In this document: piece after piece, positions 52,634 through 64,000 of the stretch
Layout of the letters: each line of letters opens with the position of its first letter
Numbering within the stretch: position 1 is the first letter of the stretch
From: Chiloscyllium plagiosum
Lineage: Eukaryota
Assembly (NCBI RefSeq): GCF_004010195.1
Contig: NC_057718.1
Span: forward strand, 51,716,373-51,780,372
Direction: 5' to 3'
Length of the DNA stretch: 64,000 nucleotides
The notes under the pieces: generated by a model
The model's input: only the letters and a program-made list of their open reading frames with translations
Told to the model about the DNA's origin: nothing
Database searches by the model: none
Made by a program: the position numbers and the translations under genes

Positions 52634-53863
52634 TGGATTTCAGTTTGCTCACTGAGCTAAAAGTTCATTTTCAGATGATTCGTCACCATACTAGGTAACA
52701 TCTTTAGTGATCCTCTGGATGAAGCACTGGTACTGTAGCCTGCTTCTATTTGTGTTTGGGTTTACTTGGGTTGGTGATGTCATTTCCTGTGGTGACATCA
52801 TTCTCTATGGTGATTTTACTTCCTGTTCCTTTTCTCAGTGGATGGTAAATGGGATCCAAGTCAATGTGTTTGTTGACAGAGTTCCAGACAGAAATGCTAT
52901 CCCTCTAGGAATTCTCATGCATGTCTCTGTTTGGCTTGTCCTAGGATGCAGCGTTGTCCAAGTCGAAGTGGTGTCCTTCCTCATCTGTATGTAAGGATAC
53001 TAGTTAGAGTGGGTCATGTCTTTTTGTGACTGGTTGTTGTTCATGTATCGTGGTGGCTAGTTTTCTGTCTGTTTGTGCATTGTAGTGTTTGTTACAGTTC
53101 TTGCAAGTTGTACTCAAAAGGAATGGGTACCCAATGAACACAGTCCGCCGATTCTCAGCAACATACCCTAACAAGCAGACAAAACATGTCCAGAAACCCG
53201 AGCCACTCTCCCCTACATCAAAGACATCTTGGAAATGACTGCCAGACTACTCAGACCCTTTGGCATTATGGTAAGTCACAAACCCACCAACATACTAAAA
53301 CAGCAGTTGATGAACTTGAAAGATCCTATACAGACAAGCAAAACTAATGTCATTGACAAAATGCCTTGCAAGAACTGTAACAAAGACTACATTGCACAAA
53401 CAGGCAGAAAACTAGCCACCAGGATACATGAACATCAACTAGCCGCAAAAAGAAATAACCCATCTCAGTAGCATCCTTACATAATGATGAGGAAGGATAC
53501 CACTTCGACTGGGACAAGACATCCATCCTAGGACAAGCCAAAAAGATACATGCACAAGAATTCCTCAAAGCATGGCATTCTAACCAGAACTCTATCAACG
53601 AACACAATGACTTGGATCCCATTTACCACCCCCTGAGAAAAAGAACAGGAAATGACATCACCACAGGAAATAACATCACTAACCCAAGGAAACCTAAACA
53701 CATAAATAGAAAGTGGGCTATACCACCAGTGCTTCATCCAGAGGCTCACTAAAGATGTTACCTAGTATGGTGACGAACATCTGAAAATGAACCTTCTAAC
53801 CCAGTGAGCAAACTTTACATCCAGAACCTGAACCTGAACTACAAGTCTTCTCAAAACTCACTA
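52634..53863 (+). mobile_element. 5'-truncated Penelope/Poseidon-type element with an inverted duplicated 3' end
   Basis: KRNGYP...TLPYIKD and NVIDKMPCKNCNKDYIAQTGRKLATRIHEH (GIY-YIG). 52634-53106 is the reverse complement of about 53366-53825. 12-bp TSD acacatttcagc (52622-52633, 53864-53875). Degenerate hammerhead in both arms. Confidence 0.9.
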
Positions 53864-53949
53864 ACACATTTCAGCATTGGCGCACATCGCTGAGAGCCGT
53901 TTAAGATTCCACCTTTGAAAATTTCTAAATGTAGTCAACACAATTTTGT

Positions 53950-55150
53950 GAAAGACAAATCATATTTGACCAATTTATTAAGTTTTTAAAAGTAACAATG
54001 TGGATAAACAGCATATTTAGATTTTCATAAGGCATTTTGTGAGTTATATATCAAGGGTTACTATAGAATTTAAGAGCTCGTGGTATAGGGGGTAACATAT
54101 TAGATTGAAAAAAGGATTGGTTAGTTAACAGGCTTAGTCATAAAATAGTAATTTCAGGGTGGCAAGGTGCAATGAATGGAGGACCATAGGAATCAATGCT
54201 GGGACCTCAATTATTCATAACTTATGGAATTGTTTGGATATGGGGATCTAAAGGTATAGTTAAGTTTGCTGATGACACAAAAATAGGTTGGAGTCCACCA
54301 AAGGATATTGTTAGGTTAACCAGTGGGCAAATGTTAGGCAATAAGTATACAATATGGGTAAGTGTGAATTTGACCACTTTGAAAGGAGAACAGAAAATAA
54401 GCAATTTATATAAACGTGGAGAGAGATTTTTGAACTTTGTGTGCAGAGGGATCTGGTGTCCTGGCACACATTTCATATAATGTTAGTATACAAATATAAC
54501 AAATGATTAGGAACGCAAACAGAATGTTATTGTTCATTAATGGGGGAAGTCATAATTTGAAAGTAAAGATATTTTGCTGCAGTTGCACAGGATGTCAATA
54601 AGACCATGTCGAGAGTACCATGAATTTTTGGTCTACTTATTTAAGCATTTGTCTAAATATGTTAGAAGCTGCTCAAAGAAGGTAAACTCAACTAATAACA
54701 GGGGTGGGAGTATCAGCTTATGAGGGAAAGGTTGGACTGGTTGGACCCGGATTCATGGTGGTGATCTTATTGAGATATCTAACATCCTGTGAGGAGGTAA
54801 CAGGGGTGATGCTGAAAAGGTTTGCATTTTGAGGGAGAGATGAGAACTGGGGACATAGTTTTTAAAAAAAGCTATTCCCCTTTAGATGGAGATGAGGAAC
54901 AATAGTTTCATGCAGATATTAAGATTCCATGGAACTCTTTTCCTGTAAAATAGTATAGATAGAGTCATGCAGTATTTTTAAAGCAAAGATGCACAGACTC
55001 TTGAATAACAAAGGAATTGATCAATGGTTATTACAGATTGATAAGAATATGGAGTTGAGGCAACAAACAGATTAGCCATAATCTTTGTAAAAATGGTGGA
55101 GCCCACTTGAAACGCTAAATGTTCTACTCCTGCTCCTACTTTGTTTGTAC
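53950..55150 (+). mobile_element. Old CR1 LINE with RT core
   Basis: LGPQLFI...VKFADDTKIG (CR1 RT FADD motif) followed by the 3' UTR. Confidence 0.85.
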
Positions 55151-55369
55151 ATGTGTGAGTATATATGTTCATATGTTTTGGTTTTAATCTAGTTTTCCCT
55201 TGTTTTTATTTTCCGATACCTCATTGCACATTCAATAAAATCGTTGGCAATTTAACATCTACTTTCAGTGACAGGATATTCAACTTTTAATTTAAAAATG
55301 CATAAAATTGTAAAACTTCCTATTAATGACAATGTTTTATGTATGGCTGTTCTCTCAAATTTCTTCATT

Positions 55370-56035
55370 TCAAAGGGGACCTTGGTGTACAAATCCATAG
55401 ATCACTGAAGATGTCAGCACAGGCAGACAGGGTGCTGGAGAAGGTCATACGGGATGTGTGCCTTCATTTGCTGGCATGTAGAACAAAGAAGCAAGGAAGT
55501 CTTGATACAACTTTATACAGTATTGGTTAGGCCACTGATGGAAAACTGTGGGCAGTTCTGGTTACCACACTATCTGAAGGATGTCATTGCATAGGGTGCA
55601 GAGGAAATTCACCAGGATCGTGTATGAGATGGAAAATATAGTTAAGAGGAGAAACTGGATTGGCTGGGTTTGTTTTCGCTGGAGCAGAAGAGGCTGAGGG
55701 GTGGGGTATCTGATTGAGGAACACAAAATTGTGAGAGGCAAAGATAGGGTGGATTGTGAGTATCTGTTCCCATGGCAGATGTGCCTAAGACCAGAGGGCA
55801 TAAGTTTAAGGTGAAAAAGAAGTGGTTTAAAGGAGAACTGAGGAAAATCATTCTCACCCAGAGGGCCTGAGAGGGTGATGGAGCCAGATACTCTCGCAAC
55901 ATCTGATGAGCACTTAAAATGCCAAAGCATTGTAGGTATAGACCAAGCGGAGGTTGGATGGTCTTCAGAGGGTCAGTGCAGACTCAATGGGCCTAATGAC
56001 CTGCTTCTACACCATAGGGCTCTATAATTCTATGA
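55370..56035 (+). mobile_element. CR1 LINE 3' end
   Basis: DLGVQIHRSLK motif, KDVIA*GAEEIHQ segment and ctataattctatga tail. Confidence 0.8.
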
Positions 56036-56884
56036 AATTAAGAAGGTTTAATGTAGTTTGGTGTTTGTTGGTCAGCATAGACATGGTGCTGGGCCAAAGG
56101 CCCTGTTTCTACGGATGGAATATGGATAATTTATCTTGACAAAATTGACTGCAGAAGGTCAGCTGATTTTTTTATGGTTCCTGTTTTTACAGGGAGTCAG
56201 TCATGTCTAAATATGCCTCTGGAAAGTTATTAAGATGAAAGTGCATTTTTGGACCTTCTCTTGAAAAGACAGCAGGATGCAACGGATCGATAATGGAATT
56301 AGCAGTTACTATTTTCTGCTTATTCATTGGAAGTCAAATACTATGGTCATCCCAGACCTGGCATCTGTAAATTTACAATCTAATAAAGAAGAACATGAAT
56401 GAATTTTTTTGATAACAAGAATGTGTAAATACCTGCCATACATTTGCCATTGGTGTGACATTTACCTCCGCCATTAAATGGTTTGTGTAATGTTGTCACA
56501 TGACAAAATTGGGACCGTGATGCAAAATAGCAATTTATCCACAAAGGGGCTAGGGCCAGTCAGTCTGTGACAAGTACCTCAAAGGTGTGACACCGTGCTC
56601 AGCAAAGCCCTTTTCTGACTTCCTACAATTTGATATTTATCCCTGCTGAAGTTTCATCACAATTTTGACTGAAAAGATTTCTACCAGAAACCTGCCATTA
56701 TTGGAGTATCTTTGTGAATTCTACTTGAGGCCAACAAATTCCATTGTACCTTCAGAGAACTGAAAAGAGAATTTTCAGGTTTGGATATTCAGACCACCAT
56801 TTTGGAGAAACAATGTATTCCTGACTTCCACCAGTTTAAATAATCTGTGTGTTACATCTCTACAAACCATTCTTTTCTTATAGA

Positions 56885-57101
56885 CAGTCTGTTCTTCTAT
56901 AAAGCGATGGTTGCGTTCTTGTGCAATCTTGCGTTATAGAAATTCACACTTTAGAATCAGTGCTTAAAGTGTTGGCGCTGTGATTGCATTAAAGCCAACA
57001 CACATTTTAAAAGTGCGTGCTTTAGAAACTGCGCCTCGATTCATCAATGGCGTTATAGCTAATTCACATTGACGAAATGTGCATTATAGCAGAAGTACCT
57101 G
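56885..57101. mobile_element. Tc1/Tigger-type MITE
   Basis: Imperfect TIRs cagtctgttcttctataa / ttatagcagaagtacctg followed by TA. Confidence 0.55.
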
Positions 57102-57469
57102 TACATGCATACTTTGGATGATGAGAGAATGATTGTTGTGATTATATTTGGGGTGTTATGCAAAAATTCACTGAACATTTCTTTTGAATGTCCTCTGCAT
57201 GGGGTCTTCAATGACCATTGAGAAAGTGTCTGGGTCATATCACTCTCTCAATAGCCATGAAAGCCCACTCTTTAAATATTTTTGAGGCAGAAAGAGATAG
57301 GTTCTTGAATATTAGTGGGATAAAAGATTATCATGGATATGCAGGAATCTACAGTTGAGGTGAAAATCAGATCAGTTATGATGTTATTAAATAGTGGGGA
57401 GGGCTTGAAGGGCTGAGTGGCTTATTGTTGTTCCTTGTTTGTATGTTAATATGTTCATAAAACTCTACA

Positions 57470-58250
57470 CTACTGTGAATGCAGTCTCACCACTACTCTG
57501 TACAGTTGGAACAAAACTTTAATAATTTTATACTCCATCCTCCTTGCAATAAAGGCCATCATTCCATTTGCCTTCCTAATTATGTAATGTATCTACTTGC
57601 TAGTGTTGATTCAGATACAAGGATACAGATCTCTCTGTGCTACAACATTTTGCAACGTGTCCCCATTTGATTGATATTTTGCTTTTCTACTCTTCCTAGC
57701 AAAGTGGAGATCACCATATTTTCCAATATTATTCTCCATTTGCCAAAGTTTTGTTGACACACTTAAACTATATCTAATTGTGGACATCCTCACAACTCGC
57801 TTTCCTATCTTTGTATTATCTTCAAATTTGGCGACAATACAGTTAGCACTGTCATACAAGTGACTGATATAGACTGTAAATACTTAAAGGTCCAGTGCTG
57901 ATCCTTTGACTGTCCACTGGTTACAGTTGCCCACCTGAATATCATTCATTTTTATCTGACCCTGTGTTCCATCTTCGATATCCAATCATCGATTCATATT
58001 TATATTTCATCCCATACCATATATGTGCATTAGTATTGTGCAGTGTACTTTATGTGGCACCTTACCACATGACTTTTGAAAATCCAAATGTATTAAATCT
58101 ACAGGCTCTTCTTAATTCACTCTGCTTGTTACCTTTTCAAAGAACGGATAAACATTTAACACAATTTCCCTTGCACAAAACTGACTGTAATATGCTTTTC
58201 AGCTTGTCATGCTCAAAGTTCCTTAATAATAGATTCTAAAATGTTTCCAA
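57470..58250 (-). mobile_element. Old CR1 LINE RT fragment
   Basis: IVAKFEDNTKIG (decayed KFADDTK) and QRDL motifs. Confidence 0.75.
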
Positions 58251-61200
58251 TGATGCATGTTAGGCTAAATTAGCTACAGCTTCCAGCTTTCTAGCTATTG
58301 AGTAGAGGATTTTCATTAACATTTTTCTGAAGCTCGGATTTTTCCAGAAACTTTGGAATTTTAGAAGATTATCACCAATGTGTCAATTACCTCTGTTAAG
58401 ACTTAAAGATACAGGTCATTTTAGATTCAGAAGAAAGGTCAAACTTCAATTGCTTTCCTTTTTTTCTGGTTACTGTCACCATTTTAAGATCCTCCCTCCC
58501 CTTTCCCCTTGACTTTTAATTGTTAGTATGATTTTTCTTAGTGTTTTCCACTGTGAAGACAGAAACAAAATGCTTCTTCAAAGTTTCTGCCATTTCCTTC
58601 TTCCCTATAATTAATTCTCCAGTCTCATCCTCTAACTGATCAATGCTCAGTTTAGCTCCCTTTTACTTCTAATATCTTCACAGACAGTTTAATTATATAT
58701 CTCTTGTAATTTTTCTCTCATCTATTTTTCTCCAATATATGTTAAAAATTTGCTTTTGAAACTTTAGCCAAGCATTTGTCCTACATCTAATTTTGAGAGC
58801 ATTTTTCATATTTTCTTTCAATTTCATACCAAATCTGAAACTTCCATTGTTAGCTATGAATGGTGAATCCTTCACATAGAGTATTTCTTTTTCTCAATGG
58901 AATATATTTTTGCTGAGTTACAAAATATCTCCTTAAATAGTTACTGCTGCTTATTCACTATCTTACTACTTAATCTATATTTCCATTTCATTGTTTATCT
59001 ACCACCTTATTATTTAATTTTTTTTTCCATTTCACTGTTGCTGACACTATCATCATGTTCTTGTAATTGCAATTATTTAGTGAAATACTTTAATTTCAGA
59101 AGCACATTGCTCACCCTAAAACTAAATGCAAAATTCTATTATGTTATGATCACTTTTACCTTGAGTACCCTTTACTGTGAAGTAATTAACTAATCCTTCT
59201 CATTATAGATTACCACACTTAAAATAGCCTGTCCCTTTACAATAGATTCACAGAATCCATTGAGTTAGTAAAGCACAAGAAAAAGGCCCCTATACCCATT
59301 GAGTCATTAAGCAAGTATCTGTACTTTGACTGTAGCCTTGTATTCTATTGCACTTCAAGTGTTTATCTAAGTAGTTCATAAATGTTATGATGGCTCTTGC
59401 CCTTGCCACCCTTTCAAGCGGTCAGTTCCACCCACCACCCTCAAATTGTAATTTTATACATAACTTCATAAAAATATTATAAATTAAAGCATAATTTCAG
59501 AGCCCCCTCTGGTCATCAATTAGTCACTCATAGGACAATCACATTGAGTGACCATCTCCCACACAGTGCCTTGGTCTGACCTAAAATTTAGCTTTGCAGT
59601 GAGATTCATAAACCAAGAGGGAATATTCTGGCCCAGAGGTAAGCAAGGAAAGAAACATTGAAACATATACTCTGAATGGTATTGCGAATATAAATCATGT
59701 ATATTAAAATACAACTTTTAGTTGAAGAGTTAAGCAAAAATGGGCTAAGTGTAATGATGGCAAGCTTGGTATCAATTATACTTAAAAGCTTGGGTCCATG
59801 TTGACCTTAGAGGGTAAGAGCTAGAATGGTAAGTTTACAAAAAAGCAGGAAGGTAAATCTCAACAATATTTTGGCATATGCCTGGGTCTTTTGGTAGATA
59901 GATGTTTGTTGCATTGCAGCACAGGTGCCAGTGCAGTTAAGACAGTCACATAACACTGACCAGATATGTTTCTGCCTTGCCTTTTATCATTCGCTGCGTG
60001 TCTTGGAGTCAGTGTAGTGTCTTAAGTCAGTTAGCTGTGTTGAAATATCGAGTAACATCAGTCAGCACAGAACCCAGACTGTTTGTACTAGTGTCTGTTA
60101 TTATGGCTGTGCAAATAGTGTTTGAATGAACTTCAAGGGATCAATCTCACTAAGAACCTGACTCTATGATATATGTATGGACAAACAAATAAAAATGACA
60201 AACAGCATTAACAGTTGCAATACTTGCAGTGAAGAACAATCAGGAAGATTGGCAGAATCTTCCCAGCCTCTGGAAGACATGGGCAATGGTTGGTCAGTTG
60301 GTAACATAACAGCATTGTGATCAGAAGAGCGATGCTGAGAAATAAAAGTCTGATTCTGCATCCAGGATTGAATGGTGAGACAGGAATTTCCCGTGTGAGT
60401 AATGAGAGAATAATTTGCACCCATTTACATGTATAAGCAATTCATCATAAACTCTCTTATCTCATTGACATAGAGTTTACTATTCTCCCACATGAGAAAA
60501 CAAGATGGTGACAAGAATCATCATGAGATTCAGAGTGGGTACTTGTGACTTCAGATCACCATTTGCTCCCGTGGGCCTCCATCTTACACCACAGTCAATA
60601 ACCTCTCCGGGCACACTTAATGGGTGTGATCACCCTGTTCATGGTGATTGGTATGGACAAGCACCAACTTCATTGCACCTTCATGGGACAAGACAAACCT
60701 ATTTATGATGCAGTTTCACACTTCAATGCTGCACTTCGGAGTGCACCAGCGCCTCTGTGTATAATGCTGCGGATAGGACATTTTCCACACAGGGACAGAT
60801 GTCTAATCCACTGATCCAACCAAAGTGCACATCAGGACTCCTCATTTACTTATTTTGCACTCACTCATTAGGCACCGACTTGAGTGCTCACAGCACCATG
60901 TCTTGCCTTGCATTGCCACATCATGACTGGTCCCTCAGTCAGAAAAGGAAAGCTGTCTTGGTTTGCATGTCAGCACTTGTCAGGACTGTCAGCAGTGATC
61001 AGTCAAAGACAGATTGCCGTACATCACCATGTTATGTCAATCTCATACCTGCACCATGTGCAAGCAGAATATGTGACACTGTATATGCATCAATAAAATA
61101 GCCAAACCTCAAAGGCTAAGGGATATAGTCCTCAGTCAGAACAAGTAAGACATCCTTCACTCAGAGTTCCAGGCATGGTAAGTTAAGGGCATTATCCAAT

Positions 61201-61829
61201 GTCAGCCCAAGGGCTAGGTCATGTTCTGTTGCTTGGGGTCTCTAGGTCAGGGTTCCTTATCTTGACAATCTGGAGAGTAAGCCACAGTCAGTCCCATGAG
61301 TTCAGTGCCACCATTCTGGGACATCGCAGTAAGTTAATTTGGAAATAGCACAAACATTAGGCAGGGTCCATCTAGTTCAGCATTTGGGGCACTGTCAGTC
61401 AGTCAGTCAGTCCTGGGGGTCAGCTCAGTGGAAGTGAACTGGGGTTATCAGAGGCCACTGCTGTGATATCAATTTTGAGGAAGTCAACTATGGAGACTGG
61501 AGAGAGCATGCTGGGACATAGACAACAATTGTGAAGGGGGAATGTCAGCATATGAAGGGTGGGTGGAGATGATAGTGCAGTGGAGTTCATGGGTTACTCT
61601 CAGGAGGGCAGTCGTTAGTGATCACATCCACAGCTTGAAATCACCTATAATCATAGTACCCTGCATGTGAAATGCATGCAGTATCCAACAGTGTGGGATT
61701 TAAATGCTGGTCACAAGCAAACTCGACCATATCATTAATCATTGCAGATTGAACATAGTCATCTTACAGCTCGTGTAGGAGGAAGTTAACCAACAAAAAC
61801 TTATTCTGAGGGTACATAGGTAATATGTC

Positions 61830-62087
61830 TGATACTGGATTAGTGGTGCTGGAAGAGCACAGCAGTTCAGGCAGCATCCAAGGAACAGCGAAATCGACTG
61901 AGGTGGGGGAAGGGGAAATGAGGAAACTGTTGAAGTCCACATTGATGCCCTGGGGTTGAAGTGTTCCGAGGCGGAAGATGAGGCGTTCTTCCTCCGGGCG
62001 TCTGGTGGTGAGGGAGTGGCAGTGAAGGAGGCCCAGGACCTCCATGTCCTCGGCAGAGTGGGAGAGGGAGTTGAAATGTTGGGCCAT
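61830..62087 (-). mobile_element. 3' fragment of a Penelope-like retroelement (GIY-YIG C-terminus) fused to the short-element tail
   Basis: ORF AQHFNSLSHSAEDMEVLGLLHCHSLTTRRPEEERLIFRLGTLQPQGINVDFNSF, followed directly by gtcgatttcgctgttccttggatgctgcctgaactgctg. Confidence 0.85.
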
Positions 62088-62499
62088 AATGCAAAATACA
62101 AGTGCACATTTGTTGATGTGTTGCTATTTAAGAACCAAGCTACACAAGTTATGCCTTAGATTACTCAATCTTAGAATCTTATATAAAGAAGTGTTGCTCT
62201 TTCTTTGATGCCCAAGATAGCCGAACATTTTCGCATTATTCAATAGGTGACCTTTATGTACTGGAAAATATTCAAATGGTTGAAAATGTTCACTTTTGAT
62301 CAGCAACAACTGAACCTCACCCAAAAGTGAAAAAAACACAAACAGAACAAAAGCTGTGATTGCTTCTGGGAACAGACAAAGACTGCTTGCCTTTTGAGAA
62401 GCAATAATTTCGCAGTCAGTAAATGATCACTAAACTCAGCTCATATTTTGGAACAGTGTTTCAATTACGCCCAGTCTGGTTATTGACATCTCTAAAAAA

Positions 62500-63060
62500 G
62501 GAAACTGTCTCTCCATATCTATACTGTCTATGCCCCTCAGAACTTTGTACACCTCAATCAGGTATGAGCTCAGCCTTCTCTCGCTCTAAGGAAAACATTC
62601 CTGGTCTATATTGTCTCTCTTCATAGATGAATCACTCTGGCTCCAGGGGCATCCCAATGACACTCTTGAATACCCTCTCCAATTCAATCACATCCTTCAT
62701 ACAATGTGTCAACCAGAGCTGCATGCAATACTGCAGCTGTGGCCTAACTAACGTGACACACAGCTCCATCATAACACCTGAGTTCCTGAATTCAATGCCT
62801 TCTCAAATAAAGAAAACATAGATATTTAAAAATGGCAAAGAGGATTCAGATGTGCAAATTGCACCTCTTACACACCTGATCCACCTGTTCTACCACTTTC
62901 AAGGATCAATGGACATGGACACCGACATCCCTCTGATCGTTTGTACTTGTTAGAGTCCTACCATTCAATGTGTGCTCCCTTGTCTTGTTAGTCTTTCAAA
63001 AATGCGTCACCTCACACTTTTCAGGATGGACTTCTATTTGCCATTTTCACCTGATCAAAC
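62500..63060 (-). mobile_element. CR1 LINE fragment
   Basis: caccagagctgcatgcaatactgcagctgtggcctaac-type antisense CR1 sequence. Confidence 0.65.
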
Positions 63061-63256
63061 CAGCCGCTCTATTTTTAGACGGTGGATGCTTCATTTTAGT
63101 TTCATCACTATAAACTCTGGAAAACAGTTTTTATGGATGATTTATGAATGCACAGAATTGCTGAGTATGGAGAGTGAAATGAAGTTTGGGTTAGAGTTTT
63201 ATGAAGTTGGCAAGACAACGTAGATATTTAAAAATGGCAAAGAGGATTCAGATGTG
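62819..63256 (+). repeat. Exact 36-bp direct repeat (62819-62854 = 63221-63256)
   Basis: tagatatttaaaaatggcaaagaggattcagatgtg occurs twice, 402 bp apart. Confidence 0.95.
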
Positions 63257-64000
63257 GAAATCTCACCCCTATTTCTGACAGATCCAATTGTTTCTGTAGG
63301 GACAATGATCCTCACAATGGAAAATACAAACTTGTTTTGATTCAGTGCTGAAATGAAAAATTCATCCCGTAGACATACAAACTCAAAGGATTGATAAAGT
63401 CTATATAAGAGCTGAAGATTTTCAAATGCCCTGTTCATTAATGAGCTTTAAAAAAAAAAGGCTGCAGCTGTCACTGCGTATAAAAAATAAGTGGACTCCT
63501 TTGATTAATAGTAGGCTATAATGGAGACAGAGAGGATATGACGGACCATTGTGAATTGGTGGTGAATGAATTGACAATGTGTTAATGTGAAAGCGGTAAG
63601 GAGCAAAAAGGTGTGGATGGAGAGAATGTGTAAGCATTGAGTTGATATCTGGAGCATGAACTATAGGATGGTGGTAGAGTAGGGCTCCTGAGCCATACCT
63701 CATCCACTCTGACTACTTTTCTTTCTTCTTTTCTTTATTTTCTTAGTTTTTCTCTCTTTCTACTTACCTTTTGGAAAGAGCTTGGTCATAGAGGCAGTGG
63801 CGGTGATGGCGCTGGCTGAGGGCCAAGAGCAGAGACTTTGGTGGTTGGTCACAAGGTGGTTGGTGTGCCCAGGTAGAACTCTGGCAGTTGGCAGCATCAT
63901 GGAAGTGACTGGAGGTCTCTAACAGCACCAGAACGGGTCTTTGGCAGCCTGTGGAGATGCTGATGAGCCTGGATGGTGGTCAGTGGTAAGATGGCAGTGC

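Larger units (their letters stand above)
1..64000 (-). other. NRXN1: Gene body (internal portion) of an alpha-neurexin, most similar to NRXN1; the exons on either side lie outside the window
   Basis: Three colinear minus-strand exons splice in frame into the LNS3-EGF-LNS4 region of alpha-neurexin. I found no upstream LNS3 exon or downstream KGPETL exon inside the window. Confidence 0.85.

Noticed and set aside
144..63703. The remaining 60-150-aa ORFs in the track
   Set aside because: They have no recognisable domains other than transposon fragments; lengths and composition fit chance ORFs in AT-rich intron.
41364..64000. Search for the upstream LNS3 exon (…LDPITFETPE…VDFQRDGRS)
   Set aside because: No matching translation was seen; the intron is probably longer than 22.6 kb.

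Overview
AT-rich vertebrate genomic DNA, very probably from a cartilaginous fish (inferred from HE1-type SINEs and shark-type CR1/L2 and Penelope repeats). The whole window lies inside an alpha-neurexin gene (closest to NRXN1) on the minus strand. Three coding exons have canonical AG/GT boundaries and are all phase 1-1: 41363-40980 (384 nt, end of LNS3 plus EGF-B), 21435-21232 (204 nt, start of LNS4) and the 27-nt splice-site-3 microexon 17078-17052 (DCIRINCNN), which the ORF track misses. The introns are full of decayed CR1, L2, SINE, Gypsy, Harbinger, MITE and Penelope-like elements, except for about 8 kb around the microexon. Two highlights. (1) A candidate second, 36-nt frame-preserving microexon at 15034-14999 with a perfect CAG|GTAAGT donor and an upstream UGC motif, plus a triple UGCAUG (RBFOX) cluster between the two microexons. 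(2) A family of short (about 100-210 bp), often fold-back, Penelope-derived non-autonomous elements with 15-16-bp target-site duplications. They carry minimal type-I hammerhead ribozymes (intact cores at 3465-3492 on + and 51601-51628 on -), and GIY-YIG remnants of plausible autonomous partners are in the same window. Transposon boundaries are approximate and family names come from recalled consensus motifs, not database searches.
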